Source: an uncultured Acidobacteriota bacterium (lineage in GTDB: Bacteria; Acidobacteriota; Thermoanaerobaculia; Multivoradales; Multivoraceae). Taken from it: a stretch of 64,000 nt of DNA. Shown here piece after piece: positions 16,883-25,493 of this stretch. The notes below the pieces were generated by a model. It made no database searches. It worked only from the letters and a program-made list of their open reading frames with translations, and had not been told where the DNA came from. A program made the translations under genes and the position numbers. The stretch is from contig CAWKPF010000002.1 in NCBI GenBank assembly GCA_963851415.1, forward strand, positions 65,497 through 129,496, read 5' to 3'. Position 1 is the stretch's first letter; each line of letters opens with the position of its first letter.

Positions 16883-19612
16883 TCAGCCCTCGCGCAGCGT
16901 CTGCGCGGGAGCCAGACCGGCCGCTCGCCTGCCCGGGAGCCAGGCCGCGATCAGCGTCACCGCCAGCAGCACGAGCGGTGCACCCACGAGGACCCAGGGG
17001 TCGATCGCTTCGACTCCGTGCAGGCTCGACTGCAGCATTCGACCCATCAGTAAGGAGAGGAAGAGGCCGAGCACCGATCCGAGCGTCGCCACCGCCAGCC
17101 CCTGCGCCACGACGTGGCGCAGCACCCCGCCTCGGGTCGCGCCCAGGGCGAGCCGAACCGCGATCTCGCTCCGCCCCTCCAGCACCTGGCGCGACAGGCT
17201 GCCGTAGAGCCCGAGCCCGCTGAGCAGGGTCACGACCAGCGCGAGCGCGGCCGCCAGCCAGGCAACGGCGCGCGGATTCCCCAGCGAGAGCTCGGACGCT
17301 CGCCCGAGCCACTCGATCTCGTCGACGATCACGCCGGGCTCGAGAGTGCGAGCGATCTCTTCCAGTCGGCGCAGCGCGGGTCCCGACTCGCCACGGGAGC
17401 GAAGCACCACTGCCATCGAAGGCCAGGACGACTGATCGTGAGCGGCGTAGAGATGCGGCTCCGGGGGTACGGCCGCACTGGTATCGACGAGGTTCTCGAC
17501 CACACCGACGATCTCCCGCACGGCCGGCTCTCCCGGAGTCAGCACCCAATCGAGAGTCACCTCCAGTCCCAGCGGACTCCGGCCATCGAGATACCGATCG
17601 ACGAACTCCTGATCCACCAGCACGACTGCAGGCGCTCCTTGCGTGTCGCGCGCTTCGAGCCTTCGCCCCTCGAGAAGATTCGTGCCCAACGTCTCGAAGT
17701 AGTCGCGGCTCACCGTGTTGAAAAGCGCGTGAGGACGGTTGCCCTCCTCGGCGGCCTGCCCCTCGATCTCGAGGCGCACGCGATCGACCTCACTCGACAG
17801 GAAGGGGAGCTTGAGCGCGGCGCCTCCCGACTCCACCTGCGGCAGGGCCTCGACCTGATCGAGCAGGCGCTCGAAGAAGCTCACACGATCGCTCGCCTCC
17901 CGGTAGTCGGCGATCGGCAGGGAGAGCCGCGCGGACCAGAGCTCACTCGGCTCGGTCACCCCGGTCGGGGCAGCTTCCAGCCACCACAAGCTGCGCACCA
18001 GAAGGCCGGTCGCCACCAACAGAGGCAGGGCCAACGCCACCTGACCGGCCACCAGAGCCCGCTGCCACCGGCGAGACCGGCGATCGGGCCCGCGCCCATG
18101 ACTCCGGATCTCCCCCTCGAGGTCGCCCCGCAGGGAGAGGCGCGCCGGCAGCCAGCCGAACAGCAGCAGCGACGAGAACCCGACGAGCGCGCTGCCCAGA
18201 ACCACTCGCGGGTCGAGAGCGATCTCCCCCAGACGCGGCAGCTCGAGAGGAAGCCAGCGGGCCACCATCGAGGCCAGCGCCCCGGCACAGGCCACCCCGA
18301 GCAGGGTCCCGGCGCAGGCCAGCAACAGCGATTCGGTCGCGGCCTGTCGCGCCACCGCGCCGCGTCTCGCGCCCAGCGCCACGTGCAACGCCAGCTCCGG
18401 GCGGCGCGAAAGGAAGCGAGTCAGCGTGAGCGCCGCGAGGTTGATCGCCACCGCGAACGACAGCAGCAGCGTCGCCACCAGCAGCATGCGAAGCCCGCCG
18501 CGCGACCCCGCCACCACCGTGTCGAGCAGAGGAGTGACTTCGAGCGCCCACCCGCGATAGGCCTCCGGCTCCGTCTCGAGCACCCGCGCCTGGACCAGCG
18601 CGGCCTCCTCACGAGCCCGATCGAGACTCACGCCGTCACCCAGGCGCGCCACCGCAGTGAAGAAGCGTCCGTCCAGGCCGAACGGTACCTGCTCCAGCGG
18701 CCGCATCACCCAGAGCTCGGGGACCGTCCCACTCAGCTCGTGGCCGTAGGCCGTTTCGGGGAGGACCCCGGCGACCGTGTGGGCACGATCGTCCACCGTG
18801 AGGGTCCGCCCGATCACGTCGGCGTCCCCCTGGAACACCCTCCGCCAGAAGGGCTCGGAGAGCAGCACCGCTTCGCCGCCCGAGGACGACACCGAGCCGA
18901 GCAACGGCTCGATCCCGAGCACCGAGAAGTAGTCGACGGAGGCGACCGCCCGCATCGCGCGCTCGGACTGGGCTTCGCCTCGCCAGATCGCGGGAAACAC
19001 ACTGACGTAGGCCACGCCGTCGAACGACGACGCGGACAGGAGAGCCTCCAACTGACGACGACTCACCCAATCGATGGCGTCGGTGCGCGGCTCGTGGGCG
19101 ACGATGCGAACCAGACGCTCCGATTCGCGGTAGGGCAAGGGGCGCTCGAGGACCGATCGAACGAGGGTGTAGGAGACGGTGGTGGCGGCGATCGAGCCGG
19201 CGAGCAAGGCCAGGACGACAAATGAGAACCCTTTGCTGCGCCAGAGGCGCCGAGCCGAGAAGCGCAGGTCGAGCAGCCAGCGACCACGCCCTCCCTCCGA
19301 AGCGTCGATCGGCGGATGCAGTGCCAGCCCCTCGGGGCGGAAGCGGCGCTTGTCGCGGGAGCGCCGCGGGTGGGTGCGCAACCACCACGCGTCGCGCAGG
19401 GCGATCCGTGCGATCCCAGCGTCGAGGACCTCTGCGGACGCCGACCGGCTACGCCTCGCGAGAGCGGCCAGCTCGCCACTCCACTCGGCGGCCCATTCGG
19501 CGCGCTCCGATGCCGGCACCAGCCGGTAGGCGAGGGCGAAGAGTCGACGTGCACCGTGCGTGCAGTCCTCGGGCAGCTCCAGTCCGTCGAGACTCTCCGA
19601 ATCCATCGTCAC
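16883..19612 (-). CDS. ADOP-type duplicated FtsX/MacB-like permease
   Basis: 909 aa with two FtsX-like four-TM modules separated by large loops. It has a 4-nt overlap with the upstream PadR gene. This pairing is characteristic of the acidobacterial duplicated orphan permease family. Confidence 0.8.
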   Translation of the reverse strand: MTMDSESLDGLELPEDCTHGARRLFALAYRLVPASERAEWAAEWSGELAALARRSRSASAEVLDAGIARIALRDAWWLRTHPRRSRDKRRFRPEGLALHPPIDASEGGRGRWLLDLRFSARRLWRSKGFSFVVLALLAGSIAATTVSYTLVRSVLERPLPYRESERLVRIVAHEPRTDAIDWVSRRQLEALLSASSFDGVAYVSVFPAIWRGEAQSERAMRAVASVDYFSVLGIEPLLGSVSSSGGEAVLLSEPFWRRVFQGDADVIGRTLTVDDRAHTVAGVLPETAYGHELSGTVPELWVMRPLEQVPFGLDGRFFTAVARLGDGVSLDRAREEAALVQARVLETEPEAYRGWALEVTPLLDTVVAGSRGGLRMLLVATLLLSFAVAINLAALTLTRFLSRRPELALHVALGARRGAVARQAATESLLLACAGTLLGVACAGALASMVARWLPLELPRLGEIALDPRVVLGSALVGFSSLLLFGWLPARLSLRGDLEGEIRSHGRGPDRRSRRWQRALVAGQVALALPLLVATGLLVRSLWWLEAAPTGVTEPSELWSARLSLPIADYREASDRVSFFERLLDQVEALPQVESGGAALKLPFLSSEVDRVRLEIEGQAAEEGNRPHALFNTVSRDYFETLGTNLLEGRRLEARDTQGAPAVVLVDQEFVDRYLDGRSPLGLEVTLDWVLTPGEPAVREIVGVVENLVDTSAAVPPEPHLYAAHDQSSWPSMAVVLRSRGESGPALRRLEEIARTLEPGVIVDEIEWLGRASELSLGNPRAVAWLAAALALVVTLLSGLGLYGSLSRQVLEGRSEIAVRLALGATRGGVLRHVVAQGLAVATLGSVLGLFLSLLMGRMLQSSLHGVEAIDPWVLVGAPLVLLAVTLIAAWLPGRRAAGLAPAQTLREG

Positions 19613-19935
19613 GCTCCTCCCTTGGCTGGAAGCTGCGCCGCGAACGGCTGCAGGAAGAGAAAGCGCTCGAGCGCCGCGTCGAGGGCCGCCTCCCCCCTCG
19701 GGCTGATCACGTAGTAGCGCCGCGGTGGCCGCTTCTCCGCCCGGGCCGCCGCAACGGGCTCCCAGGCCGAGCGGACCAGACCCTGGCGCTCCATTCGCCG
19801 CAGTGCCGGGTAGATCGTGCCGCCGGGCAGCCCGGTGACGTCGGTGATGTCGAAGCCGTGGCGGTATCCCTTGGCGATGGCCTGGAGCACGACGGCCGAA
19901 GAGTGGGTCAAACGTGGTGCCGGCATGGTCGACAT
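19609..19935 (-). CDS. PadR-family transcriptional regulator
   Basis: Last 108 codons of track ORF 19609..23826(-), starting at ATG 19935. Winged-helix segment VVLQAIAKGYRHGFDITDVTGLPGGTIYPALRRMERQGLV...RRYYVISPRGEAAL. Confidence 0.85.
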   Translation of the reverse strand: MSTMPAPRLTHSSAVVLQAIAKGYRHGFDITDVTGLPGGTIYPALRRMERQGLVRSAWEPVAAARAEKRPPRRYYVISPRGEAALDAALERFLFLQPFAAQLPAKGGA

Positions 19936-19936
19936 G

Positions 19937-19960
19937 CTATCTAAATAGAATCCTATATAG
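19937..19960. promoter_or_regulatory. AT-rich palindromic patch (CTATCTAAATAG ... CTATATAG), candidate padR promoter/operator
   Basis: This is the only AT-rich stretch in the padR/tricorn spacer. It starts 2 nt upstream of the padR ATG, with no SD sequence, which suggests a leaderless or very short leader. Confidence 0.3.
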
Positions 19961-20070
19961 CAAGCCCCCGCTGGCGGAGGCAGCGCCCACGGCCCCGGTC
20001 TGCTAACGTCACGCTGCCCATTCGATCTGTTCTGCGACCGATACCGAGGGCGGCGCCCACCGAGAGCCCG

Positions 20071-23000
20071 GTGGGAGCTGGCGCCCCGGGGAGACCATCC
20101 GTGAGCTGCTACCGATTCGATTCCACGCTTCTTTCCTGCCTCGTGCTCTTTCTCTCCTGCGCGGTGTCCAGCCTGGCACCGGCAAGAGCCGTCAACCTCG
20201 AAGACACGCGCATGCTCAGCCACCCGGCCGTCAGCGCCGAGCACATCGCTTTCGCCTACGCCGGCGATCTCTGGGTGGCCCAGCGCGACGGCAGCGGCGT
20301 TCGTCGGTTGACCAGTGACTTCGGCGACGAGCTCAGCCCGCGCTTCTCTCCCGACGGTCAGACGATCGCCTTCACCGGCGAGTACGACGGCAACGTCGAC
20401 GTGTTCCTGGTGCCGACCGCCGGGGGTACCCCGACCCGACTCACCTACCACCCCGGCCAGGACGTCGTGCAGGACTTCACTCCCGACGGCTCGGCGGTGC
20501 TCTTCGCCTCCCAGCGCGAAAGCTTCACCAACCGCTACCTGCAGCTCTTCACCGTGCCGACCGAGGGTGGCTTCCCCACCCGCCTGCCGATTCCGAACGG
20601 GCTGCGCGCCTCCTACTCCCCGGACGGCAAGAAGATCGCGTACATCCCGATCCCGGAGCGCATGAACCAGTGGAAGAACTACCGCGGCGGTACCGTCGCC
20701 CGGATCTTCATCTACGACACGGGCGACCACTCGGTCCAGGTCGTGCCCCAGCCCGAGGGGCGCTCGAACGACACCGACCCGGTCTGGCTCGGCGGCGAGG
20801 TCTACTTTCGCTCGGATCGCAGCGGCGAGTTCAACCTGTTCTCCTTCGAGCCTGCCAGCGAGACGATCGAGCAGCACACCTTCTTCGAGGACTTCCCGAT
20901 CAATCGGGTCACCAGCAGCACGACCGACGCCCTGATCTTCGAGCAGGCCGGCTACCTCCATCTCTTCCAGGCAAACGGAAACCGGCCCGAGCGCCTGAAG
21001 ATCGGAGTGTCGGCCGATCTGATCGAGACCCGCCCGCGGTGGGTGAAGGGGCCGGAGTGGATTCGCTCGGCAGACCTGTCGCCGTCGGGAGCCCGGGCGG
21101 TTCTCGAGTATCGAGGCGAGATCCTGACGCTGCCGGCCAGGAAGGGCGATGCCCGCAACCTGACTTCGAGCACCGGGGTGCACGAACGCAGCCCCGTCTG
21201 GTCGCCCGACGGCCAGAGCATCGCCTACTTCTCGGATGAAGGAGGCGAGTACCGACTCCACATCGCGCCGCAGAGCGGAGCCGGTGACGTCCGCACGCTC
21301 GACCTCGGCGGACACGGCTTCTATTTCGATCCGCGCTGGTCTCCCGACTCGAAGAAGCTCTCCTTCACCGACAACTCCCAGGCGCTCTACTGGATCGATC
21401 TCGCGAGCGGCAAGGTCACCGAGATCGCTGCCGAGCCGCACTATCAGCCGGGCATGGCCGGCCCCCCTCACTCCTGGTCTCCGGACTCTCGTTGGATCGC
21501 CTACTCGGTGAACAGTGAGGCCTACATCCAGAGGGTATGGGTTCACGACACCGTCCAAGGCACCTCTCACCCCATTACCGACGGCCTCAGCGAAGTGAGC
21601 GATCCGGTCTTCGACCGCGGCGGCAAGTACCTCTATTTCTTTGCCTCCACCGACGCCGGACCGGTGAAGCACTGGTTCGCCATGTCGAATGCCGACATGG
21701 AGCTGAACAATGCGGTCTATGTCGCGGTGCTGCCGAGCGACGAGCCCTCTCCCCTGGCACCGGAAAGTGACGAGGAAGAACCGGGCGACGCCGAGAAAGA
21801 GACCGACCCCGAGGGAGAGGGCGAGGGCAAGGACGAGAAGAAGAGCGACGACCCTGCCGACGAGAATGGCGACGAGAGCCCGACGCAGGAAGTCGCCGTT
21901 CGGATCGACTTCGACGGCCTGGAACAGCGCATCGTGGCACTCCCCATCCCGAGCGGCCCTCTCACCGACCTCGCAGCCGGTGCTGCCGGCAAGGTCTTCT
22001 TCATCGAGCGCGGGCGCGGCGGAGCACCCAGCGCGCTCAAGACCTTCGACTTCGAGACCCGCGAGATCACGGACCTGCTCACCGGTGCCAGCGGCTACGA
22101 GCTCAGTGCAAACGGCAAGAAGTTGCTCTACGTCGCGGGTCCCGCCTGGGGAATCGCCGACGCCGGCGGCAAGATCGACACCGGCGAGACCGCCCTGCCG
22201 ATCGACAAGCTCCAGGTCAAGATCGACCCCCGCGCCGAATGGGCTCAGATCTTCGACGAGGCGTGGCGCATCAACCGCGACTTCTTCTACGACCCCGGGA
22301 TGCACGGCGCCGACTGGCAGGCCATGGGTGAGAAGTACCAGGTGTTTCTCGACGACATCACCACGCGTGAGGACCTCAACACCCTGCTGACCTGGATGTC
22401 GAGCGAGCTCGCGGTGGGCCATCACCGCAACGGCGGTGGCGATTCCCGGGAGGAGACCGAAGAGATCCCGGGCGGCCTCCTCGGAGCCGACTTCGAGGTC
22501 GACAGCGGCCGCTACCGCTTCGCCAAGGTGTTCGGGGGCCTGAACTGGAATCCGGAGATGCGGGCACCCCTCACCGCGCCTGGCGTATCGGTCCGCGAGG
22601 GCGAGTACCTGATCGCGGTCAACGGCGTGGACCTCTCCGCCTCCGACAACGTCTACCGCCGATTCGAGAACACCGCCGACAAGATCGTGCGTCTCACCGT
22701 CGCCGCAACCGCCGACGGCACCGGAAGCCGAGACGTCGACGTCGTGCCGATCGCGAGTGAGTATGCCCTGCGCAACCGAGACTGGGTGGAAGGGAACCTG
22801 CGCAAGGTCACGGAAGCCACCGACGGGCGCGTCGCCTATGTCTACGTCCCCAACACCACCAACCAGGGCCACGAGTACTTCAAGCGCTACTTCTTTCCGC
22901 AATCCAACCGCGAGGCCATCATCGTCGACGAGCGGTTCAACGGTGGCGGCCAGATCGCCGACTACTACATCGACATCCTGCGCCGCCCCTACATGAGCTC

Positions 23001-23430
23001 GTGGGCAACGCGCTACGGCGAAGACATCGTGACCCCGTCCGCAGCGATCTTCGGGCCGAAGGTGATGCTGATCGACGAGACGGCCGGCTCGGGCGGCGAC
23101 ATGCTCCCGTGGATGTTCCACAAGCTCGGCCTCGGCACGCTGATCGGCAAGCGCACCTGGGGAGGCCTGGTCGGAGTGCTCGGGTTCCCGGTCCTGCTCG
23201 ACGGGGGCTTCATCACCGCTCCCAACCTGGCGATCTGGACCGAAGACGGCTTCGTGGTCGAGAACGTCGGCGTGCCGCCCGACATCGAGGTCGAGCAGTG
23301 GCCTGCCGACGTCATCGAGGGGCGCGACCCCCAGCTCGAGAAAGCGATCGAGGTGGTACTGCGCCAGCTCGAAGAAAACCCGCCCCCCTCCAGAGAGCGC
23401 CCCCCCTTCCCCATCCGAGTGAGAAAGTAG
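20071..23430 (+). CDS. tricorn-like protease (beta-propellers + PDZ + S41 peptidase)
   Basis: 1119 aa. N-terminal MLSHPAVSAEHIAFAYAGDLWV...SPRFSPDGQTIAFTGEYDGNVDVFLVP and C-terminal ...DERFNGGGQIADYY...MLIDETAGSGGDMLP are tricorn/S41 hallmarks. The start is uncertain (GTG 20071 or GTG 20101). Confidence 0.85.
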   Translation: MGAGAPGRPSVSCYRFDSTLLSCLVLFLSCAVSSLAPARAVNLEDTRMLSHPAVSAEHIAFAYAGDLWVAQRDGSGVRRLTSDFGDELSPRFSPDGQTIAFTGEYDGNVDVFLVPTAGGTPTRLTYHPGQDVVQDFTPDGSAVLFASQRESFTNRYLQLFTVPTEGGFPTRLPIPNGLRASYSPDGKKIAYIPIPERMNQWKNYRGGTVARIFIYDTGDHSVQVVPQPEGRSNDTDPVWLGGEVYFRSDRSGEFNLFSFEPASETIEQHTFFEDFPINRVTSSTTDALIFEQAGYLHLFQANGNRPERLKIGVSADLIETRPRWVKGPEWIRSADLSPSGARAVLEYRGEILTLPARKGDARNLTSSTGVHERSPVWSPDGQSIAYFSDEGGEYRLHIAPQSGAGDVRTLDLGGHGFYFDPRWSPDSKKLSFTDNSQALYWIDLASGKVTEIAAEPHYQPGMAGPPHSWSPDSRWIAYSVNSEAYIQRVWVHDTVQGTSHPITDGLSEVSDPVFDRGGKYLYFFASTDAGPVKHWFAMSNADMELNNAVYVAVLPSDEPSPLAPESDEEEPGDAEKETDPEGEGEGKDEKKSDDPADENGDESPTQEVAVRIDFDGLEQRIVALPIPSGPLTDLAAGAAGKVFFIERGRGGAPSALKTFDFETREITDLLTGASGYELSANGKKLLYVAGPAWGIADAGGKIDTGETALPIDKLQVKIDPRAEWAQIFDEAWRINRDFFYDPGMHGADWQAMGEKYQVFLDDITTREDLNTLLTWMSSELAVGHHRNGGGDSREETEEIPGGLLGADFEVDSGRYRFAKVFGGLNWNPEMRAPLTAPGVSVREGEYLIAVNGVDLSASDNVYRRFENTADKIVRLTVAATADGTGSRDVDVVPIASEYALRNRDWVEGNLRKVTEATDGRVAYVYVPNTTNQGHEYFKRYFFPQSNREAIIVDERFNGGGQIADYYIDILRRPYMSSWATRYGEDIVTPSAAIFGPKVMLIDETAGSGGDMLPWMFHKLGLGTLIGKRTWGGLVGVLGFPVLLDGGFITAPNLAIWTEDGFVVENVGVPPDIEVEQWPADVIEGRDPQLEKAIEVVLRQLEENPPPSRERPPFPIRVRK

Positions 23431-23465
23431 GGACAGGCACTCCTCCCGAGGAATCGCAGGTACGG
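23430..23465 (+). repeat. second locus of the GGGACAGGCAC repeat family
   Basis: GGGACAGGCACTCCTCCCGAGGAATCGCAGGTACGG overlaps the tricorn stop codon. About 30 of 36 positions match 1027-1062. Confidence 0.45.
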
Positions 23466-23857
23466 GGCCCGGCTTCCGCAGGCCTCGACCCTCAAAAAAG
23501 CTGTCCGTCGAGCGCATCCAGGGTGAAGGATCGGTCGAACCCCTGATCACCACACGCTGAGCCCCCGCACGGGGGATTTCGTACCGGACGTGGACTGTCG
23601 ACTTCGCAAGGAGTCGACGCCGCATCCGTTGACGGCAATCAGGAGAGGGGCGCCCAGGGCAGCGAAACCTGCTGACTGGGCGCCCGTCGCCTCGTAATGG
23701 CCGCGCGCGGCTCTCGGCCCCCCGACACGAGGCGAACGACCTGCTCCATCGCCCAACGCAGAGCTCTCTCTGACGACTTCGAGCCCGAACCGCTCCTTCC
23801 CGGGCGTCGGCGACTGGTACGATCATCGCCGATCACCCGCTCGAAAGGAGACGCAGC

Positions 23858-25423
23858 ATGAGCTCGCCGGCCCCCCGCACTGTCGACAGCCTGACCGAAA
23901 AGGCGACGGTGCAGCCCGACAAGACGGCTCTGGTCGACGATCGCCCGGACGGCCACAAGACCGTGTGGAGCTACGCCGAGCTCGAGACGCGCGCCAACCG
24001 CCTCGCGCATCGTCTTCTCGACGCCGGATTGGCATCGCGGGAGCGGGTGCTGTGGTGCGGCAAGAACTCCCCCGACGTGGTGACGCTCATTCACGCTTCG
24101 CGCAAGGCTGGCCTCACCTCCGTGCCCCTCAACTACCGGCTGACCCCCGAAGAAGCCGCCTACGTCACCGACAACTCCGACGCCGTGCTCGCCTGGATCG
24201 ACGCCGAGCAGGTCGAGCTGTTCGAACAGATCCGAGACCGCATCCCCAAGGTGCGCGACATCGTCGTGTTCGACGGCGAGCCGGGCCCGGGAATGATCTC
24301 CGCCCAGGAGTGGGTCGACGGCGGGAGCGAAGACCCGATCCCGCCGCCCCAGGCCGAGTCCCGCTCGATGATCTACACCTCCGGCACCACCGGCAAACCC
24401 AAAGGCGCCGTGCGCACCGGCACTGGGGACCCCGAGCAGCTCGCCGCCATGATCGCCCACATCGGCTACGCCCCGGACGACGTCTACCTCACCACCGGCC
24501 CGGTCTACCACTCGGGGCCGGGCGGCTTCATGGCGATCTCGTTCCTGCTCGGCAACACCGTGGTCCTGCAGCGCAAGTTCGATCCCGAGGACTGGCTGCG
24601 ACTGGTCGAGACCTACCGCGTGACCAGCACCTTTTCCGCCCCCACGCCGATCCGAATGATCTGCCACCTCCCCGACGAGGTGAAGGCGCGCTACGACCGC
24701 TCCAGCATGCGCGTCATGGTCGCCAACGCCGCCCCCTGGCCCTACGCGCTCAAGCAGGCCTACTGCTCCGACTTCCCGGAGGAGTCGCTGTTCGAGGTCT
24801 ACGGCTCGACCGAGATGGGGGTCAACATGATCCTGCGCCCCGAAGACCAACTACGCAAGCCCGGCTCGTGTGGCAAGCCCGCGCCGATGATCGACGTCAA
24901 GCTGATCGACGACGACGGCAACGAAGTCACCGAGCCGAAGACCCCCGGCGAGGTGTTCGTGCGCAGCCGCAGCATGTTCAACACGTACCACAAGGCCCAG
25001 GAGAAGTACGAAGCCGAGACCCGCGGCGAGTACCACACCGTGGGCGACGTCGCCTTCTTCGACGACGAAGGGTTCTACTACATCTGCGATCGCAAGAACG
25101 ACATGATCATCTCCGGCGGCATGAACATCTACCCGGCCGAGATCGAGGCGGCACTCGAACAGCACCCCCAGATCTTCGAGGCTGCCGTGTTCGGCATTCC
25201 GAGCGAGCAGTGGGGCGAGACCGTGCATGCCGTCGTCGTGCCGAAAGAAGGCCGCCTCGACGAAGCGACGATCACCACCTACGCCCACGAGCATCTCGCC
25301 GGCTACAAGGTGCCGCGCTCGGTCAGCTTCGTGGAAGAGCTGCCCAAGACCGGCTCCGGCAAGATCCTCAAGCGCGAGCTGCGCAAGCCCTTCTGGGAAG
25401 GGCACGAGAGCCAGGTGCTCTGA
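23858..25423 (+). CDS. AMP-dependent acyl-CoA synthetase/ligase
   Basis: ATG after GAAAGGAGA. AMP-binding motif MIYTSGTTGKPKGAV, plus YGSTE, GDVAFFDDEGFYYICDRKNDMIISGGMNIYP and ...GSGKILKREL. Confidence 0.85.
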   Translation: MSSPAPRTVDSLTEKATVQPDKTALVDDRPDGHKTVWSYAELETRANRLAHRLLDAGLASRERVLWCGKNSPDVVTLIHASRKAGLTSVPLNYRLTPEEAAYVTDNSDAVLAWIDAEQVELFEQIRDRIPKVRDIVVFDGEPGPGMISAQEWVDGGSEDPIPPPQAESRSMIYTSGTTGKPKGAVRTGTGDPEQLAAMIAHIGYAPDDVYLTTGPVYHSGPGGFMAISFLLGNTVVLQRKFDPEDWLRLVETYRVTSTFSAPTPIRMICHLPDEVKARYDRSSMRVMVANAAPWPYALKQAYCSDFPEESLFEVYGSTEMGVNMILRPEDQLRKPGSCGKPAPMIDVKLIDDDGNEVTEPKTPGEVFVRSRSMFNTYHKAQEKYEAETRGEYHTVGDVAFFDDEGFYYICDRKNDMIISGGMNIYPAEIEAALEQHPQIFEAAVFGIPSEQWGETVHAVVVPKEGRLDEATITTYAHEHLAGYKVPRSVSFVEELPKTGSGKILKRELRKPFWEGHESQVL

Positions 25424-25493
25424 GGCACGACTCTGCCAGCCCGCCTCTCTTGTAGGCTGAGCCGCTCAAACGGATCGCTACCATGGAGCCTCC

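Noticed and set aside
19936-23826. Upstream 1297 codons of the 1405-aa minus-strand ORF
   Set aside because: This part is antisense to the tricorn-like gene and compositionally junk. Only the last 108 codons (PadR) are a real gene.
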